Shown here piece by piece: positions 39,155 through 49,519 of a stretch of DNA of 64,000 bases (position 1 is its first letter; every line of letters begins with the position of its first letter). The DNA is from a bacterium (GTDB taxonomy: Bacteria; Actinomycetota; Acidimicrobiia; Acidimicrobiales; CATQHL01). The stretch is taken from assembly GCA_028824415.1 (NCBI GenBank), contig JAPPDX010000070.1, forward strand, positions 16,719 through 80,718. The letters run 5' to 3'. The notes beneath the pieces are model-generated. The model saw only the letters and a list, made by a program, of their open reading frames with translations. It was not told the DNA's origin and did no database searches. The translations under genes were made by a program, and so were the position numbers.

Positions 39155-40195
39155 TCACGTTCCCACCCTCACCGTCCGGCGATACGCCTGGAAGCCGTAG
39201 ACCGCGGCCACGATGATCACCGGGGCGGCGACGAGGATCAGCACCAGGTTCCCGGGAAGGCCCAGGATCGCCTGGAGTCGGACCTCGCCGTTCTGCAGGA
39301 ACCCGAAGTAGAGGGCGAAAGGCACCACCGGCAGCATCTTGCCGCGCGCCAGCAGGGCCACGACGAAGGCGATGTACCCCCAACCCGGCGAGAAGTGGGC
39401 CCCGATGCGGTACTGGTTGCCCAGCAACTCGACGACCCCGCCCAGCCCGGCCAGACCGCCGCCCAGCGCCATGGCCACCGTCCGGCTGCGCGCCAGGTTG
39501 ATCCCCTGGCGGACTGCCACGGCGTCGCTCTGGCCCAGCACACCCAGCCGCCATCCGAGGCGCGTGTAGTCCACGAGACAGGTCGTGGCCGCCACCACGA
39601 CGAGGGCGATGAAGATGCCATAGGGGATGTCATCGCCGGCGAAGCGGCCGATCCGGAACCCGTCGGACACCGCCCTGCTGGCCGCATACGGGAGGTCGGG
39701 GTCCTTCAACCCGCCGCGCAGCAGGAACGTGAGGGAGAAGAACGCGATGAAGTTGAACATGATCGTCGTGACGATCTCGTGCATGCCCCAGGCCTTCAGC
39801 CAACCGGCCACGGCCCCGAGGGCGGCGGCCGAGCCGAACGCCGCCACCAGCGGCAACAGGAAGGCACCCGGTCCTCCGCCGAAGGCCGTCCCGATGTAGA
39901 CCCCGACGAGGGCGCCGGTCAGCAGCTGTCCCTCGCCGCCCAGGTTGAAGAGGCCGGCCCGGTAGGGCAGGGCCACACCCAGGCCGACGAGCACCAGCGG
40001 GAGCGAGGAGGTGAGCCACGAACCCACCCCGACCATCGACCCGAACGACGCCTTGAAGAGCTCCTTGTAGCCCTCGGCGAATCCGGCGCCGCCGATCTGC
40101 ACGAGCGGCGCCAGCACCACGAGCGAGGCCAGGATCGCCAGAACGGGCACGGCCGCATCCGGTACACGCGCCCGGCCGCGGGATCCGGCGCTCAT
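39155..40195 (-). CDS. ABC transporter permease (BMP/nucleoside-sugar type)
   Basis: 346 aa, multi-TM. LFNLGGEGQLL is typical of the BPD_transp_2 family. Confidence 0.85.
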   Translation of the reverse strand: MSAGSRGRARVPDAAVPVLAILASLVVLAPLVQIGGAGFAEGYKELFKASFGSMVGVGSWLTSSLPLVLVGLGVALPYRAGLFNLGGEGQLLTGALVGVYIGTAFGGGPGAFLLPLVAAFGSAAALGAVAGWLKAWGMHEIVTTIMFNFIAFFSLTFLLRGGLKDPDLPYAASRAVSDGFRIGRFAGDDIPYGIFIALVVVAATTCLVDYTRLGWRLGVLGQSDAVAVRQGINLARSRTVAMALGGGLAGLGGVVELLGNQYRIGAHFSPGWGYIAFVVALLARGKMLPVVPFALYFGFLQNGEVRLQAILGLPGNLVLILVAAPVIIVAAVYGFQAYRRTVRVGT

Positions 40196-40201
40196 GTCAC
40201 C

Positions 40202-40252
40202 CTGGATTCCGGCCCCGGATCGAGTCCGGGGCAGGCTCTCCGCCGGAATGAC
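40202..40252. repeat. composite REP-like element between the ATPase and permease genes of one operon
   Basis: ctggattccggc-CCCGGATCGAGTCCGGGGCAGGCTCTCC-gccggaatgac: the canonical arms carry a second hairpin nested in the loop. Confidence 0.85.
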
Positions 40253-40289
40253 GATGTTCCGCGGACCAACCGGCCGGCGCGTCGGGTGC

Positions 40290-41897
40290 TCATCGTTCCT
40301 GAAGCATCAGATTGCCGATCCCGCCGATCGTGATCGCCTCGCTGAGAACCCCGCTGACACGCCCCCGGACCATCACCGCCACGCGGTCGCTGACCTCGAT
40401 GATCTCCTCCAGTTCGGTGCTCATGTACACCACCGAGCTCCCGCCGTCGGCGAGGCGACGCACCCAGGACCGGACCTGTTCCGCGGAGCGGACGTCAAGG
40501 CCCCGCGTGGGATAGGTGGCGACCAGCAGCACCGGATGCTTGCTCAACTCCCGGGCGAGGATGACGCGTCGGCGGTTACCGCCGGACAGCTGGCGCACCG
40601 CGGCATTCACCCCGGCGGTCCGGATGTCGAACTCGCTCACCAAGTCGGCGGCCGAGCGACGCCGGAGCGCCTTGCGGCCCGGCGTCGGCGCCTCCTGCCA
40701 GGCAAAGGTCCCCAGAGCCAGGTTCTCCCAGACCGAGAGTTCGCCGCAGGTGGCCAGGAAGTGGTCGTCGGGCACGTCCCCGACAAGCTTGGAGCGCTCC
40801 GGCGGCAGGTAGTCCGCCAGCGGCCTGCCGTCCAGCAGGACCGAACCGCTGTCGGGCGACCACGAGCCGGTGAGCAGCGCGGAGAGTTCCCGCTGGCCGT
40901 TGCCTTCCACGCCGGCCACGCCGAGTACCTCGCCGCGGCGGATCGCCAGGTCGACATTGTGCAGGGCGCGACCCCACAGCGGCGCACCCGAGACGCCGCG
41001 GACCTCCACCCGTACCTCCCCGGCGTCACCCGCCCCGTCAATACCCGCCCCGTCGCTCGACGCCCCTTCGCCGGTCCGCGGCGCGTCCGGGGCCCCGAGC
41101 GGACTTCCGCTCACCTCGCCCACCAGTGACGGGTGAGGGGCGTCGTCCCCGACGATGAGCCGCACCAACTCCTGCTCGTCCACCTGATGCCCGGACTCGA
41201 GGCGCCCGACGACTCGCCCCGCACGCAGCACCGTGGTGCGGCTGCTCTCCGACAGCGCCTCGGCGAGGTGGTGGGTCACGAACACCACCCCGACGCCCTG
41301 GGCGGTCAGCGAGCCGAACAGGTCGAAGAGACTGGCGCGCTCGGCCGGCGCCAGGACCGCAGTGGGCTCGTCGAGGATGACGAGCCAGGCCTCCTGCATG
41401 AAGGCCCGGGCGATCTCGGCTCGCTGGAGGTCGCCGACGGAGAGGTTCTCGACCCGGGCTTTGGGATCAATGGCGAAACCCAACCGGTTGCCGCTATCGA
41501 CGAGGCGGTCCGCCAGCTCGCTGCGGATCCGCCCCAGGCGCCCCTCCTGCAGGACCACGTTCTCCAGCAGCGTCAGGCGGGAGATCAGGGTGGAACTCTG
41601 GTGCACCACCGCGATCCCGCACTCCCGGGAGTCCGCGGGCTCCCGGATGGTCACCTCCCGGCCGTCGACGGTGACGCGCCCGGAGTCGGGCCGGTAAACG
41701 CCGGTGAGGCACTTGATGAGGGTGGACTTGCCGGCCCCGTTCTCACCGAGCAGGGCGTGCACCTCGCCGCCCCGGAAGGTGACGTCGATGCCGTCGTTGG
41801 CCCGGACCCGGCCGAAGTGCTTGTGCAGGCCGGTGACGGCCAGGGTCGAAGGTTCCCTGGCCGTCACCGGCCCCGCGTGGTCTGTGGCCGCTCCCAC
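40290..41897 (-). CDS. ABC transporter ATP-binding protein, duplicated ATPase domains
   Basis: 535 aa. Walker A GENGAGKST and signatures LSVGDLQR / LSGGNRRR. Confidence 0.9.
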   Translation of the reverse strand: MGAATDHAGPVTAREPSTLAVTGLHKHFGRVRANDGIDVTFRGGEVHALLGENGAGKSTLIKCLTGVYRPDSGRVTVDGREVTIREPADSRECGIAVVHQSSTLISRLTLLENVVLQEGRLGRIRSELADRLVDSGNRLGFAIDPKARVENLSVGDLQRAEIARAFMQEAWLVILDEPTAVLAPAERASLFDLFGSLTAQGVGVVFVTHHLAEALSESSRTTVLRAGRVVGRLESGHQVDEQELVRLIVGDDAPHPSLVGEVSGSPLGAPDAPRTGEGASSDGAGIDGAGDAGEVRVEVRGVSGAPLWGRALHNVDLAIRRGEVLGVAGVEGNGQRELSALLTGSWSPDSGSVLLDGRPLADYLPPERSKLVGDVPDDHFLATCGELSVWENLALGTFAWQEAPTPGRKALRRRSAADLVSEFDIRTAGVNAAVRQLSGGNRRRVILARELSKHPVLLVATYPTRGLDVRSAEQVRSWVRRLADGGSSVVYMSTELEEIIEVSDRVAVMVRGRVSGVLSEAITIGGIGNLMLQER

Positions 41898-41931
41898 GTA
41901 CCGGAGACGCTAGTAGCGACCGTTCACCGGG

Positions 41932-43077
41932 TTACGGGGTCTTCTCGCGCGTCGGATCGACGACGATGTCACCGGCCTCGACGCCGGAGATCACGGCGTC
42001 GATGGCCGCGTCCACGTCGGAGTCGGGGTTGCACTTCGAGGCGATGTCGATGCCGGTGTTGACGACGTTCATGGAATAGATCGCGGGCTCCAGCGAGCCG
42101 TCCTTGTAGAACTCGCCCATCTGCTCATACGCCACGTCGAAGTTCATGATGACGCTCGTGATGATGATGCCCGGCGCCTGCTCGCACTGGTCCGACACGC
42201 CGCCGACATACTTGACGTCGTTCTGCACGGCGGCCTCCACCGCTCCGGCGCCTGCGGCATCGGCAGCATCGAAGAGCACGTCGGCGCCCCCGTCGATCAG
42301 AGCCTGCGCGGCCTGCTTGGCCTTGGCGGCGTCCAGGAAGTCACCGGTCCACACGTCGTTGAACTCGCAGCCGTAGCCGAGGACGTCCGGGGAGTCCTCG
42401 CTGAACTGGTAGGAGCCGCCCGTCCAGCGGGTCATCGCCGGGATCGGGGCACTCACGATCATGCCGATGCTCTTGGCGTCGGAGGCGGCGCAGCCGATGG
42501 CGGCGGCCATGTAGCCCACCTGGTTCCAGTGGACCGCCCAACCCGCCACGTTCGGCAGGTCGTTGGTGGTCGACAGGTCCGAGTAGATGATGAACCAGGT
42601 CCCCGGGTATTCCGGAGCCACCTCCAGGACCGCGGCCTCGTAGCCGCTGGAGTGCGGCACGATGATGTCGTAGCCGTCCTCCGCCAGCTGGCGCAGCGTC
42701 TGGGGTGCCTGGTCGTAGGAGATGTGCTCGAGGACGTCCGGCTCTGTGTCCAGGATCGCCGCCATCTTCTCGAAGGCCGCGAAGCCGTCGCGATACCAGC
42801 CGGCCGCGTTCACGGCGTCGGGATGCAGCTGCGCGATCCGTGGCGAGGCCTTGCCCACCTCGGGACCCGCCGGAGCGGCGGGCTCAGGTGGGGGCGGCGG
42901 CTCGGGCGCCGGCTCCGGGGGCGGCGGTGGCTCGGGCGCCGGCTCGGCCGGCGGCGGGGGCGGGGGTGCCGCCTCCTCCTCGTCCTCCGCGCAGGAGACG
43001 GCCACAAGGGCCAGGGTTGCGAGCAGCGCCAGGAGAAGCGTGAGCAGCCTCCCGGCTGGTGTACGTCGAGTGATCAT
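41932..43077 (-). CDS. BMP-family ABC transporter substrate-binding lipoprotein
   Basis: Lipobox LVAVSC, a Pro-rich linker with repeated EPAPEPPPPP, then a BMP/PnrA-like body. Confidence 0.8.
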   Translation of the reverse strand: MITRRTPAGRLLTLLLALLATLALVAVSCAEDEEEAAPPPPPPAEPAPEPPPPPEPAPEPPPPPEPAAPAGPEVGKASPRIAQLHPDAVNAAGWYRDGFAAFEKMAAILDTEPDVLEHISYDQAPQTLRQLAEDGYDIIVPHSSGYEAAVLEVAPEYPGTWFIIYSDLSTTNDLPNVAGWAVHWNQVGYMAAAIGCAASDAKSIGMIVSAPIPAMTRWTGGSYQFSEDSPDVLGYGCEFNDVWTGDFLDAAKAKQAAQALIDGGADVLFDAADAAGAGAVEAAVQNDVKYVGGVSDQCEQAPGIIITSVIMNFDVAYEQMGEFYKDGSLEPAIYSMNVVNTGIDIASKCNPDSDVDAAIDAVISGVEAGDIVVDPTREKTP

Positions 43078-43188
43078 TGGGTCCCCCTAATGGTTGTCGC
43101 GGTCTTGGTGGTAGGTGGTTGGTGTTTCGTGGTTGTTGGTTGCCGGTTGTGAGGCCCGACGGCTCGGGTGGTCCCGACGGTGGGCCTG

Positions 43189-44331
43189 TCAGGCGGCGGC
43201 GCTCTGGGCCCTGAAGTGGGGCATGACCTCGCGGGCGAAGAGCTCCATGTTGCGGATCGTGTGGTCGTGGGGCATGTCACCGATGTGCAGCAGGGCGTTG
43301 ACGAGGCCGAAGCCGAGCTCCTCGGCGAGCTCGGCCAGCCGCTCCCGCACCGTCGCCGGGCTGCCCACGACCGCGTAGCCCTGTTTCACCAGGTCCTCGT
43401 AGCTCACGTCGGAGTAGGCGCCGAGACCGGATTGCAGGAACCGGCCCCACGAGTGGTCGGTCATGTAGCCGGGCGGGAAGAGGTGCTCGAACTTGTGCTT
43501 CAGGCCCTTGTGATAGAGCCACGTGACGTACTGGCGCCCCTGGTCGTGCGCCTCCTTGTCGGTCTCGGCCACATAGATGGGCAGCAGGATGCCGATCTTG
43601 TCCCGGGGCGCCTCGTAGCCGGCGGCGTTGGCGCCGGCGCGGTACCCGTCGAACCAGCGCTTCAGCAGCTTCGACGGGGCGAACACCGACAGGTACGTGT
43701 AGTGGCGCTCGGCGGCCCAGGACATGGTCTCGGTGCTGCCGAAGGCGGGGATCCAGATGGGCGGGTGCGGCTGCTGCAGCGGGCGCGGCCAGACGTTGAC
43801 GTAGTTGAGCCGGTAGTGCTTGCCGATCCAGCGGAACGGGCCCTCGGTCGTCCAAGCCTTGATGATGAGGTCGTGTGCCTCGCTGTAGCGCTCCCGGGAC
43901 GTCGACGGGTCGATGCTCATGGAGAAGTACTCGTCGCCGATGCCGCGCACGAACCCCGAGATGATCCGACCGCCGGAGATGACGTCCAGCATCGCCACCT
44001 CCTCGGCGACGCGCAGCGGGTGGTCGCGCAGCGGCAGGCCGTTGCCGACGATCGCGATCTGCAGCTTCTCGGTGCGGCGCACCAGGGCGGCGGCCATGAG
44101 GTTCGGTGAGGGCATCGTGCCGTAGGCGTTCTGATGGTGCTCGTTGACGCAGATGCCGTCGAAGCCGAGCTGCTCGGCGTACTCGAGCTCATCCAGGTAG
44201 CGGTTGTAGAGCCCCGTGCCGATGGTGGGGTCGTAGTTGCTGTTGGACAGTGTCACCCAGGCCGACTCGCGCTCGTCGAAGTCCTCGGGCAGGTGCGGGT
44301 AGGGCATCAGGTGGAACATGAAGAACTTCAT
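43189..44331 (-). CDS. LLM-class flavin-dependent oxidoreductase
   Basis: 380 aa. MKFFMFHLMPY..., GFDGICVNEHH, LDVISGGR. Confidence 0.85.
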   Translation of the reverse strand: MKFFMFHLMPYPHLPEDFDERESAWVTLSNSNYDPTIGTGLYNRYLDELEYAEQLGFDGICVNEHHQNAYGTMPSPNLMAAALVRRTEKLQIAIVGNGLPLRDHPLRVAEEVAMLDVISGGRIISGFVRGIGDEYFSMSIDPSTSRERYSEAHDLIIKAWTTEGPFRWIGKHYRLNYVNVWPRPLQQPHPPIWIPAFGSTETMSWAAERHYTYLSVFAPSKLLKRWFDGYRAGANAAGYEAPRDKIGILLPIYVAETDKEAHDQGRQYVTWLYHKGLKHKFEHLFPPGYMTDHSWGRFLQSGLGAYSDVSYEDLVKQGYAVVGSPATVRERLAELAEELGFGLVNALLHIGDMPHDHTIRNMELFAREVMPHFRAQSAAA

Positions 44332-45149
44332 CAGCGGGCCCTCTCCTCGGCATCGGGGGCGAGTTCGTCGTGGAACCGCCCGATGGCCGCCACGGTTCGG
44401 TCGGGCTGCTCCAGCAGCGGCGCGTGGCCGCAGTCCTCGATGATCTCCAGGCGCGCCCCGGCGATGAGATCCCGGTAGTGCTCGCCGTGCGCCAGCGGCA
44501 CGAGGCGGTCGTCACTCCCCCACAGCACCAGGGTCGGCGCGGTGACGCGATGCAGCCGCAGGTGGAGCTTCGGGTTGCAGCAGAACGGGTTCCACGCCAG
44601 GCGCGCGAAACTCGTCTTCTCCTTGAATGCGCGCATCAGCATGTCGAGGTCGGGCTCGGGGGAGATGAACTGCAGCGCCAGCTGCTGGTCGACGAACAGC
44701 GCCGCCCGCAACTCGTCGGGGTTCATGGCGAAGATGTCCTCGACGGGGTGGGCGGGCAGGTCGAGACCGATGGGGTCGACCATCACGAGGCTGCGCACCT
44801 TCGACGGCTGGTGCACGGCCAACTCGGCGCCCAGCCATCCTCCGAGAGAGGCTCCGACGACGTGGACCGACTCCAGTTCGAGCTCCTCCAGCAGGTCGAG
44901 GTAGAAGTAGACGAGGTCCTCCATGCCGTCGATCCACTCCAGCCGGTCGGACTCGCCGAAGCCGGGGTGATCGGGGGAGATGACATCGAAGCGCTCCGCC
45001 AGCAGATCGTGGAAGGGAAGCCAGAATCCGGCACCGGCCGCCGGGTGCAGGAAGAGCAACTCCTCCCCCGCGCCGGCACGCATCAGGTGGATCTGTCCAC
45101 CCCCCAAATCAAGATGCCGCACGACGTGCTGGTCGTTCTGACCGCTCAT
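44331..45149 (-). CDS. alpha/beta hydrolase
   Basis: Start moved to ATG 45149. HPGFGES and the nucleophile elbow VVGASLGG, with a C-terminal CGHAP. Confidence 0.85.
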   Translation of the reverse strand: MSGQNDQHVVRHLDLGGGQIHLMRAGAGEELLFLHPAAGAGFWLPFHDLLAERFDVISPDHPGFGESDRLEWIDGMEDLVYFYLDLLEELELESVHVVGASLGGWLGAELAVHQPSKVRSLVMVDPIGLDLPAHPVEDIFAMNPDELRAALFVDQQLALQFISPEPDLDMLMRAFKEKTSFARLAWNPFCCNPKLHLRLHRVTAPTLVLWGSDDRLVPLAHGEHYRDLIAGARLEIIEDCGHAPLLEQPDRTVAAIGRFHDELAPDAEERAR

Positions 45150-45417
45150 GGCAAGGCGCCCCCGGCGCGGGACTATACACCGGGCGACGACGCCGGAAAG
45201 AATGAACAGCCACCCCGGACCGCCTCCGCGATCGCCGGTTGCGGGGGCCGAGGCACCGGCGGGATCCGGCACACGACGGACCCGCCACGATCCGGCAGCA
45301 TCGGCGGTGCCCGCAACAGCGGCGCAGGCTGTCTGTCATAATCGTTCCCATGGGGGGAGTCGCGGTCCACCGGGACCGGCTTGGGGACCGGCTTGAATTC
45401 GGGCGAGGCACCCGCGC

Positions 45418-46332
45418 GTGAGTGACATCCTGAACGCCACCGTCGTGGCCGGCGTGCCGCTGCTGCTCGCAGCCCTCGGGGGTGTGATCGCCCAGCGCTC
45501 GGGCGTCCTCAACATCGGACTCGAGGGGCTGATGCTGCTGGGGGCCTGGGTGTCCGCGTGGGCTGCGGCCGCCTTCGGCGCGGAGCTGGCCGGCTTCTGG
45601 TTCGCGTTCCTCTTCGGTGGCGCCTTCGGGCTGCTGCTGGGCTGGATCACCGTCGGGCTGCGTGGTGACCAGGTCGTCGTGGGAATCGCCTTCAACATCC
45701 TGGCCCTCGGTGCCACCAGCTACCTGTTCGATGTGCTGATACGGCGCGGCGGTCTGGAGGCCATGTCGGTCCCGCGCGGCTCGATCACGCAGCGCATCCC
45801 CGGCCTGGCAGCCATTCCGGGGATCGGTGTGCTGGCCGACCAGCACTGGATGGCCTACATGACCTACCTGTGCGTGCCCGTGATCTGGTACCTGATGTTC
45901 CGGACGGGGATCGGTGTGCGCCTGCGCGCCTGCGGTGAGTACGCCGAGGGCGCCCAGGCCACCGGCGTCAACGTGCTCCGGGTACGGCTGGCGGCGATGA
46001 CCGTCAGCGGCATCCTCGGGGGTCTCGCGGGTGCCTACATGGTTCTGGCCGACATCCGGCTCTTCCTGCACGACGTCGTGCGCGGGCGGGGCTACATCGC
46101 CATCGCCATCGTCATCCTGGGGCGTTGGAATCCCACTGGCGGGGCCGCGGCGGCGGTCATCTTCGGCGCCTCCTATGCCCTCGGCTTCCAGCTCCAGGCC
46201 CGGGACATCCCCGTGGCCGGCGAGTTGCTGCTGGCGCTGCCGTACATCGCGACGATCCTCGCCATCGCCGTCTCGGGGCGCAAGGTGCTGCCGCCACGCG
46301 AGGAAGGCCGCCCGCTCTACCTCTTCAAGTGA
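45418..46332 (+). CDS. ABC transporter permease (second BMP-type permease, detached from the operon)
   Basis: GTG start. GGVIAQRSGVLNIGLEGLML is typical of the partner permease of BMP systems. Confidence 0.85.
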   Translation: MSDILNATVVAGVPLLLAALGGVIAQRSGVLNIGLEGLMLLGAWVSAWAAAAFGAELAGFWFAFLFGGAFGLLLGWITVGLRGDQVVVGIAFNILALGATSYLFDVLIRRGGLEAMSVPRGSITQRIPGLAAIPGIGVLADQHWMAYMTYLCVPVIWYLMFRTGIGVRLRACGEYAEGAQATGVNVLRVRLAAMTVSGILGGLAGAYMVLADIRLFLHDVVRGRGYIAIAIVILGRWNPTGGAAAAVIFGASYALGFQLQARDIPVAGELLLALPYIATILAIAVSGRKVLPPREEGRPLYLFK

Positions 46333-46375
46333 GCTCTGGCCGACTGAGTTCTGTCCCAGTGAGCGATCTCAGCGC

Positions 46376-47404
46376 GTGAGCGCCGCGCCACCCGTCTTCG
46401 GGATCCGCATCCCTCCCTGCGCCGACGTGCGGACGGCCGGCGCCGCGGCCCGGGCGGCCGAGGAGGCCGGTTTCGACATCGCCTGGTACCCGGACTCGCA
46501 GTTCCTGTGGCGCGACGTCTGGGCGACCCTGGCGGTGGCCGCTCTGGAGACCCGCAGCATCCGGGTCGGCTCGTGTGTGACCACCTTCGAGACCCGGCAC
46601 CCGAGCGTGACCGCGGCCGCCACCCGCACCATCGCCGAGATCGCGCCCGGGCGCACGATCCTCGGCGTGGGCAGCGGTGACAGCGCCATCAAGCTGCTGG
46701 GCATGAAGCCGACCCGCCTGGCCGAAATGCGCCGCAACATCGAAGCCGTGCGCCAGCTTCTTGAGGGTCACCCGGCGGACTACGGCGGGCGAGAGATCCA
46801 CCTCCACGGCAAGGTGCCCACACCGGTGCCGGTCTACATGGCCGCCACCGGCCCGAAGGCCCTGCAGCTCGCCGGCGAGGTCGCCGACGGGGTCATCGTG
46901 CTGGCCGGGCTCGCCCCCCGGTTGCTCGAGCGGGCGCTCGGCCACATCCGCGACGGTGCGGCGCGCGCCGGGCGGTCACTCGAGGACCTGGATGTCTGCG
47001 TCGGGACTTTCTGCCACATCACCGACGACCCGACCGAGGCGGCCCGCGTCGCCAAACCGGTCTGCGTGGGCCTGGCGCAGGTCGGCGCCACCGGCGCTCT
47101 GCAACTCGCCGGGATCGAGATCGACGTTCCCGCGGTCGTGCCCGACGTCTACCCCGACATGACCCACGCCGAGGACTGGATGCACGCCGCCGAGGTGGCG
47201 GGGCGCTGGGTGAGCGACGAGGACGGGCGCCGTTACGCCGAGACGTTCTGCGTTGTGGGCACGGCCGCCGAGTGCACCGAGAAGATCCGCCAGGCCCGCG
47301 ACGCAGGGGTCAAGAACTTCTACATCCGCGGCTTCCCGTCCTACGACCTGCCCCTCGACCTGATCGACGTGTTCGGATCCGACATCATCCCGGCGGTCAC
47401 GTGA
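46376..47404 (+). CDS. LLM-class (F420- or flavin-dependent) oxidoreductase
   Basis: GTG 46376. AEEAGFDIAWYPDSQ and ILGVGSGDS. 342 aa. Confidence 0.8.
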   Translation: MSAAPPVFGIRIPPCADVRTAGAAARAAEEAGFDIAWYPDSQFLWRDVWATLAVAALETRSIRVGSCVTTFETRHPSVTAAATRTIAEIAPGRTILGVGSGDSAIKLLGMKPTRLAEMRRNIEAVRQLLEGHPADYGGREIHLHGKVPTPVPVYMAATGPKALQLAGEVADGVIVLAGLAPRLLERALGHIRDGAARAGRSLEDLDVCVGTFCHITDDPTEAARVAKPVCVGLAQVGATGALQLAGIEIDVPAVVPDVYPDMTHAEDWMHAAEVAGRWVSDEDGRRYAETFCVVGTAAECTEKIRQARDAGVKNFYIRGFPSYDLPLDLIDVFGSDIIPAVT

Positions 47405-48999
47405 GCGCGGCCGACGTGCTGATCATCGGGGCCGGCGCCTCGGGAGCCGTCGCCTCCCGGCGCCTCGCCGAGGCGGGCTTCGACGTGGTGTGCCTCGAGC
47501 AGGGCGAGCGGACCGACCCGGGCGCCTACCGCGGCGCCTACGACGACTGGGAGCTGACCGGACTCAAGCGGTGGACCTGGGATCCGAACATCCGCGGGGC
47601 GCGCGCCGACTATCCCGTCGACGTCAGCGAGTCCGATATCGACCCGCTCATGTTCAACGGGGTCGGCGGCAGCACCGTGCAATTCGCCGCCCAGTGGCCC
47701 CGGCTGGCGCCCTCGGACTTCAGGGTCCGGAGCCTCGACGGCGTGGCCGACGACTGGCCCCTCAGCTACGAGGAGCTCCAGCCCTTCTACGAGCGCTCCG
47801 ACGTGGACTTCGGCGTCTCGGGGTTGGGCGGCGATCCCGCCTACCCGCCCGGCGCCGACCCTCCCCTGCCGCCGCTGCCGATTCCCGACGTGGCCACCGA
47901 GATCGCCCGAGCCCACAACCGCCTCGGCTGGCACTGGTGGCCCGGCACCAACGCCATCGCATCCCGCCGCTACCGCGGCCGGCGGCCCTGTGTCCAGCGC
48001 GGCACCTGCGCCTGGGGCTGCGGGGAGGGTGCCAAGGGGTCCACCGACCAGACCCACTGGCCCGACGCCGAACGCCTCGGCGCCCGCCTCGCGACCGGCG
48101 CCCGCGTGAGCCGGATCACCCTCGACAAGCGCGGCCTCGCCACCGGCGCCGACTACGTGGACCGCGACGGCCGCGAGCAGCACCAGGCGGCCTCGGTGGT
48201 GCTCGTGGCCGCCAACGGGATCGGCACGCCGCGCCTGCTGCTGCTGTCGAGGTCCGCGGGCTTCCCCGACGGCCTCGCCAACCGCTCCGGCATGGTGGGC
48301 AGGCGCCTGATGATGCATCCCTTCGGCACGGTGATCGGGCTGTTCGACCGCCACTGGCCGAGCTGGCAGGGTCACTGGGGCCAGAGCCTGCAGTGCATGC
48401 AGTTCTACGAGACCGACCCCGAGCGGGACTTCGTGCGGGGAGCCAAATGGGGGCTGCAGCCCACCGGCGGCCCCCTCGGCGCCGCCCTCGGCTTCGGGGG
48501 GGACCCCGTGTGGGGAACAGCGCTGCACGAGCGGGTCCGCACCAACCTCGGCCACTCGATCATGTGGGGCATCATCGGCGAGGACCTGCCCGACGAGGAC
48601 AACACGGTGACCCTCGACGGCGAGCTGGTGGACCCCGACGGCATCCCGGCACCGCGGATCCGCTACCGGGTGTCGGAGAACTCCCGGCGGCTGCTGAAGT
48701 TCCAGGCGGCCCGGGCCGCCGAATCCCTCCGCGAGGCCGGCGCTTACGAGACCGTCGTCACCCCCCAGGTGCGCGGCACCGGCTGGCACCTCCTCGGCAC
48801 AGCCCGGATGGGCGACGACCCCGAGACCTCCGTCGTGGACCGCTGGTGCCGGAGCCACGACGTCGAGAACCTGTACGTGATCGACGGCAGCGTCTTCGTC
48901 ACCTCCGGCGGCGTCAACCCCACCGCCACGATCTCGGCCCTGGCATTGCGGGCCACGGAACGCCTGATCGAGACACGCCGGAGCCAGCAGGTGCCATGA
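47401..48999 (+). CDS. GMC-family FAD oxidoreductase
   Basis: GTG 47401 overlaps the preceding stop. DVLIIGAGASGAVASRRLAEAG and a C-terminal HLLGTARMG...NLYVIDGSVF. Confidence 0.9.
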   Translation: MSAADVLIIGAGASGAVASRRLAEAGFDVVCLEQGERTDPGAYRGAYDDWELTGLKRWTWDPNIRGARADYPVDVSESDIDPLMFNGVGGSTVQFAAQWPRLAPSDFRVRSLDGVADDWPLSYEELQPFYERSDVDFGVSGLGGDPAYPPGADPPLPPLPIPDVATEIARAHNRLGWHWWPGTNAIASRRYRGRRPCVQRGTCAWGCGEGAKGSTDQTHWPDAERLGARLATGARVSRITLDKRGLATGADYVDRDGREQHQAASVVLVAANGIGTPRLLLLSRSAGFPDGLANRSGMVGRRLMMHPFGTVIGLFDRHWPSWQGHWGQSLQCMQFYETDPERDFVRGAKWGLQPTGGPLGAALGFGGDPVWGTALHERVRTNLGHSIMWGIIGEDLPDEDNTVTLDGELVDPDGIPAPRIRYRVSENSRRLLKFQAARAAESLREAGAYETVVTPQVRGTGWHLLGTARMGDDPETSVVDRWCRSHDVENLYVIDGSVFVTSGGVNPTATISALALRATERLIETRRSQQVP

Positions 49000-49460
49000 C
49001 GGACCCCCGACACCCCGACGGCTTCGACGAGGCGTTCCGTGCCCGGCTGGCGCGCATCGCCGACGTGCTGGTGCCCGCCTATGAGGGCATGCCCGCGGCG
49101 AGTTCGGTCGGGATCGACGGGGACCTGCTGGACAAGGCGCTGCGAGCCCGCCCCGACCTGGTCGCCGACTGCCGGCGAGCCGTGCGTGAATGCGCCGACC
49201 CTCCCAGCCCCCAGGCACTCGAGCAGCTCGCCGCCACCGATCCCGACGGCTTCGGCGCGCTCATGGTCCTGGTGCTGGGCGGTTACTACATCAGCGCCGA
49301 GGTCAGGAAGCTGCTTCACTACGCGGGACAGGAAGCGCTCCGCATCGACGTCGGGGAGCTCCCGGCCTACATCGAGGAGGAACTCATCGACGAGGTGATC
49401 GGCCGGGGTCCGATCTATCGCAGACCGCCACCGGACGATCCACAGAGTTCGCAGGACTAG
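48996..49460 (+). CDS. small subunit, gluconate 2-dehydrogenase subunit 3-like
   Basis: ATG 48996 overlaps the GMC stop (ATGA). 154 aa. LARIADVLVPAYEGMPAAS...GGYYISAEV fits this family from memory. No Tat signal. Confidence 0.55.
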   Translation: MTDPRHPDGFDEAFRARLARIADVLVPAYEGMPAASSVGIDGDLLDKALRARPDLVADCRRAVRECADPPSPQALEQLAATDPDGFGALMVLVLGGYYISAEVRKLLHYAGQEALRIDVGELPAYIEEELIDEVIGRGPIYRRPPPDDPQSSQD

Positions 49461-49519
49461 CTCGCAGAACCAACTCGCATAACCAGCTCGCAGAGACTCG
49501 CAGAACCAAGGGGGACATC

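Noticed and set aside
35057-39216. Plus-strand ORFs 35057-37387 and 37042-39216
   Set aside because: They lie opposite the well-supported hyuB and hyuA genes and have no motifs. ORF 35057-37387 starts inside REP elements.
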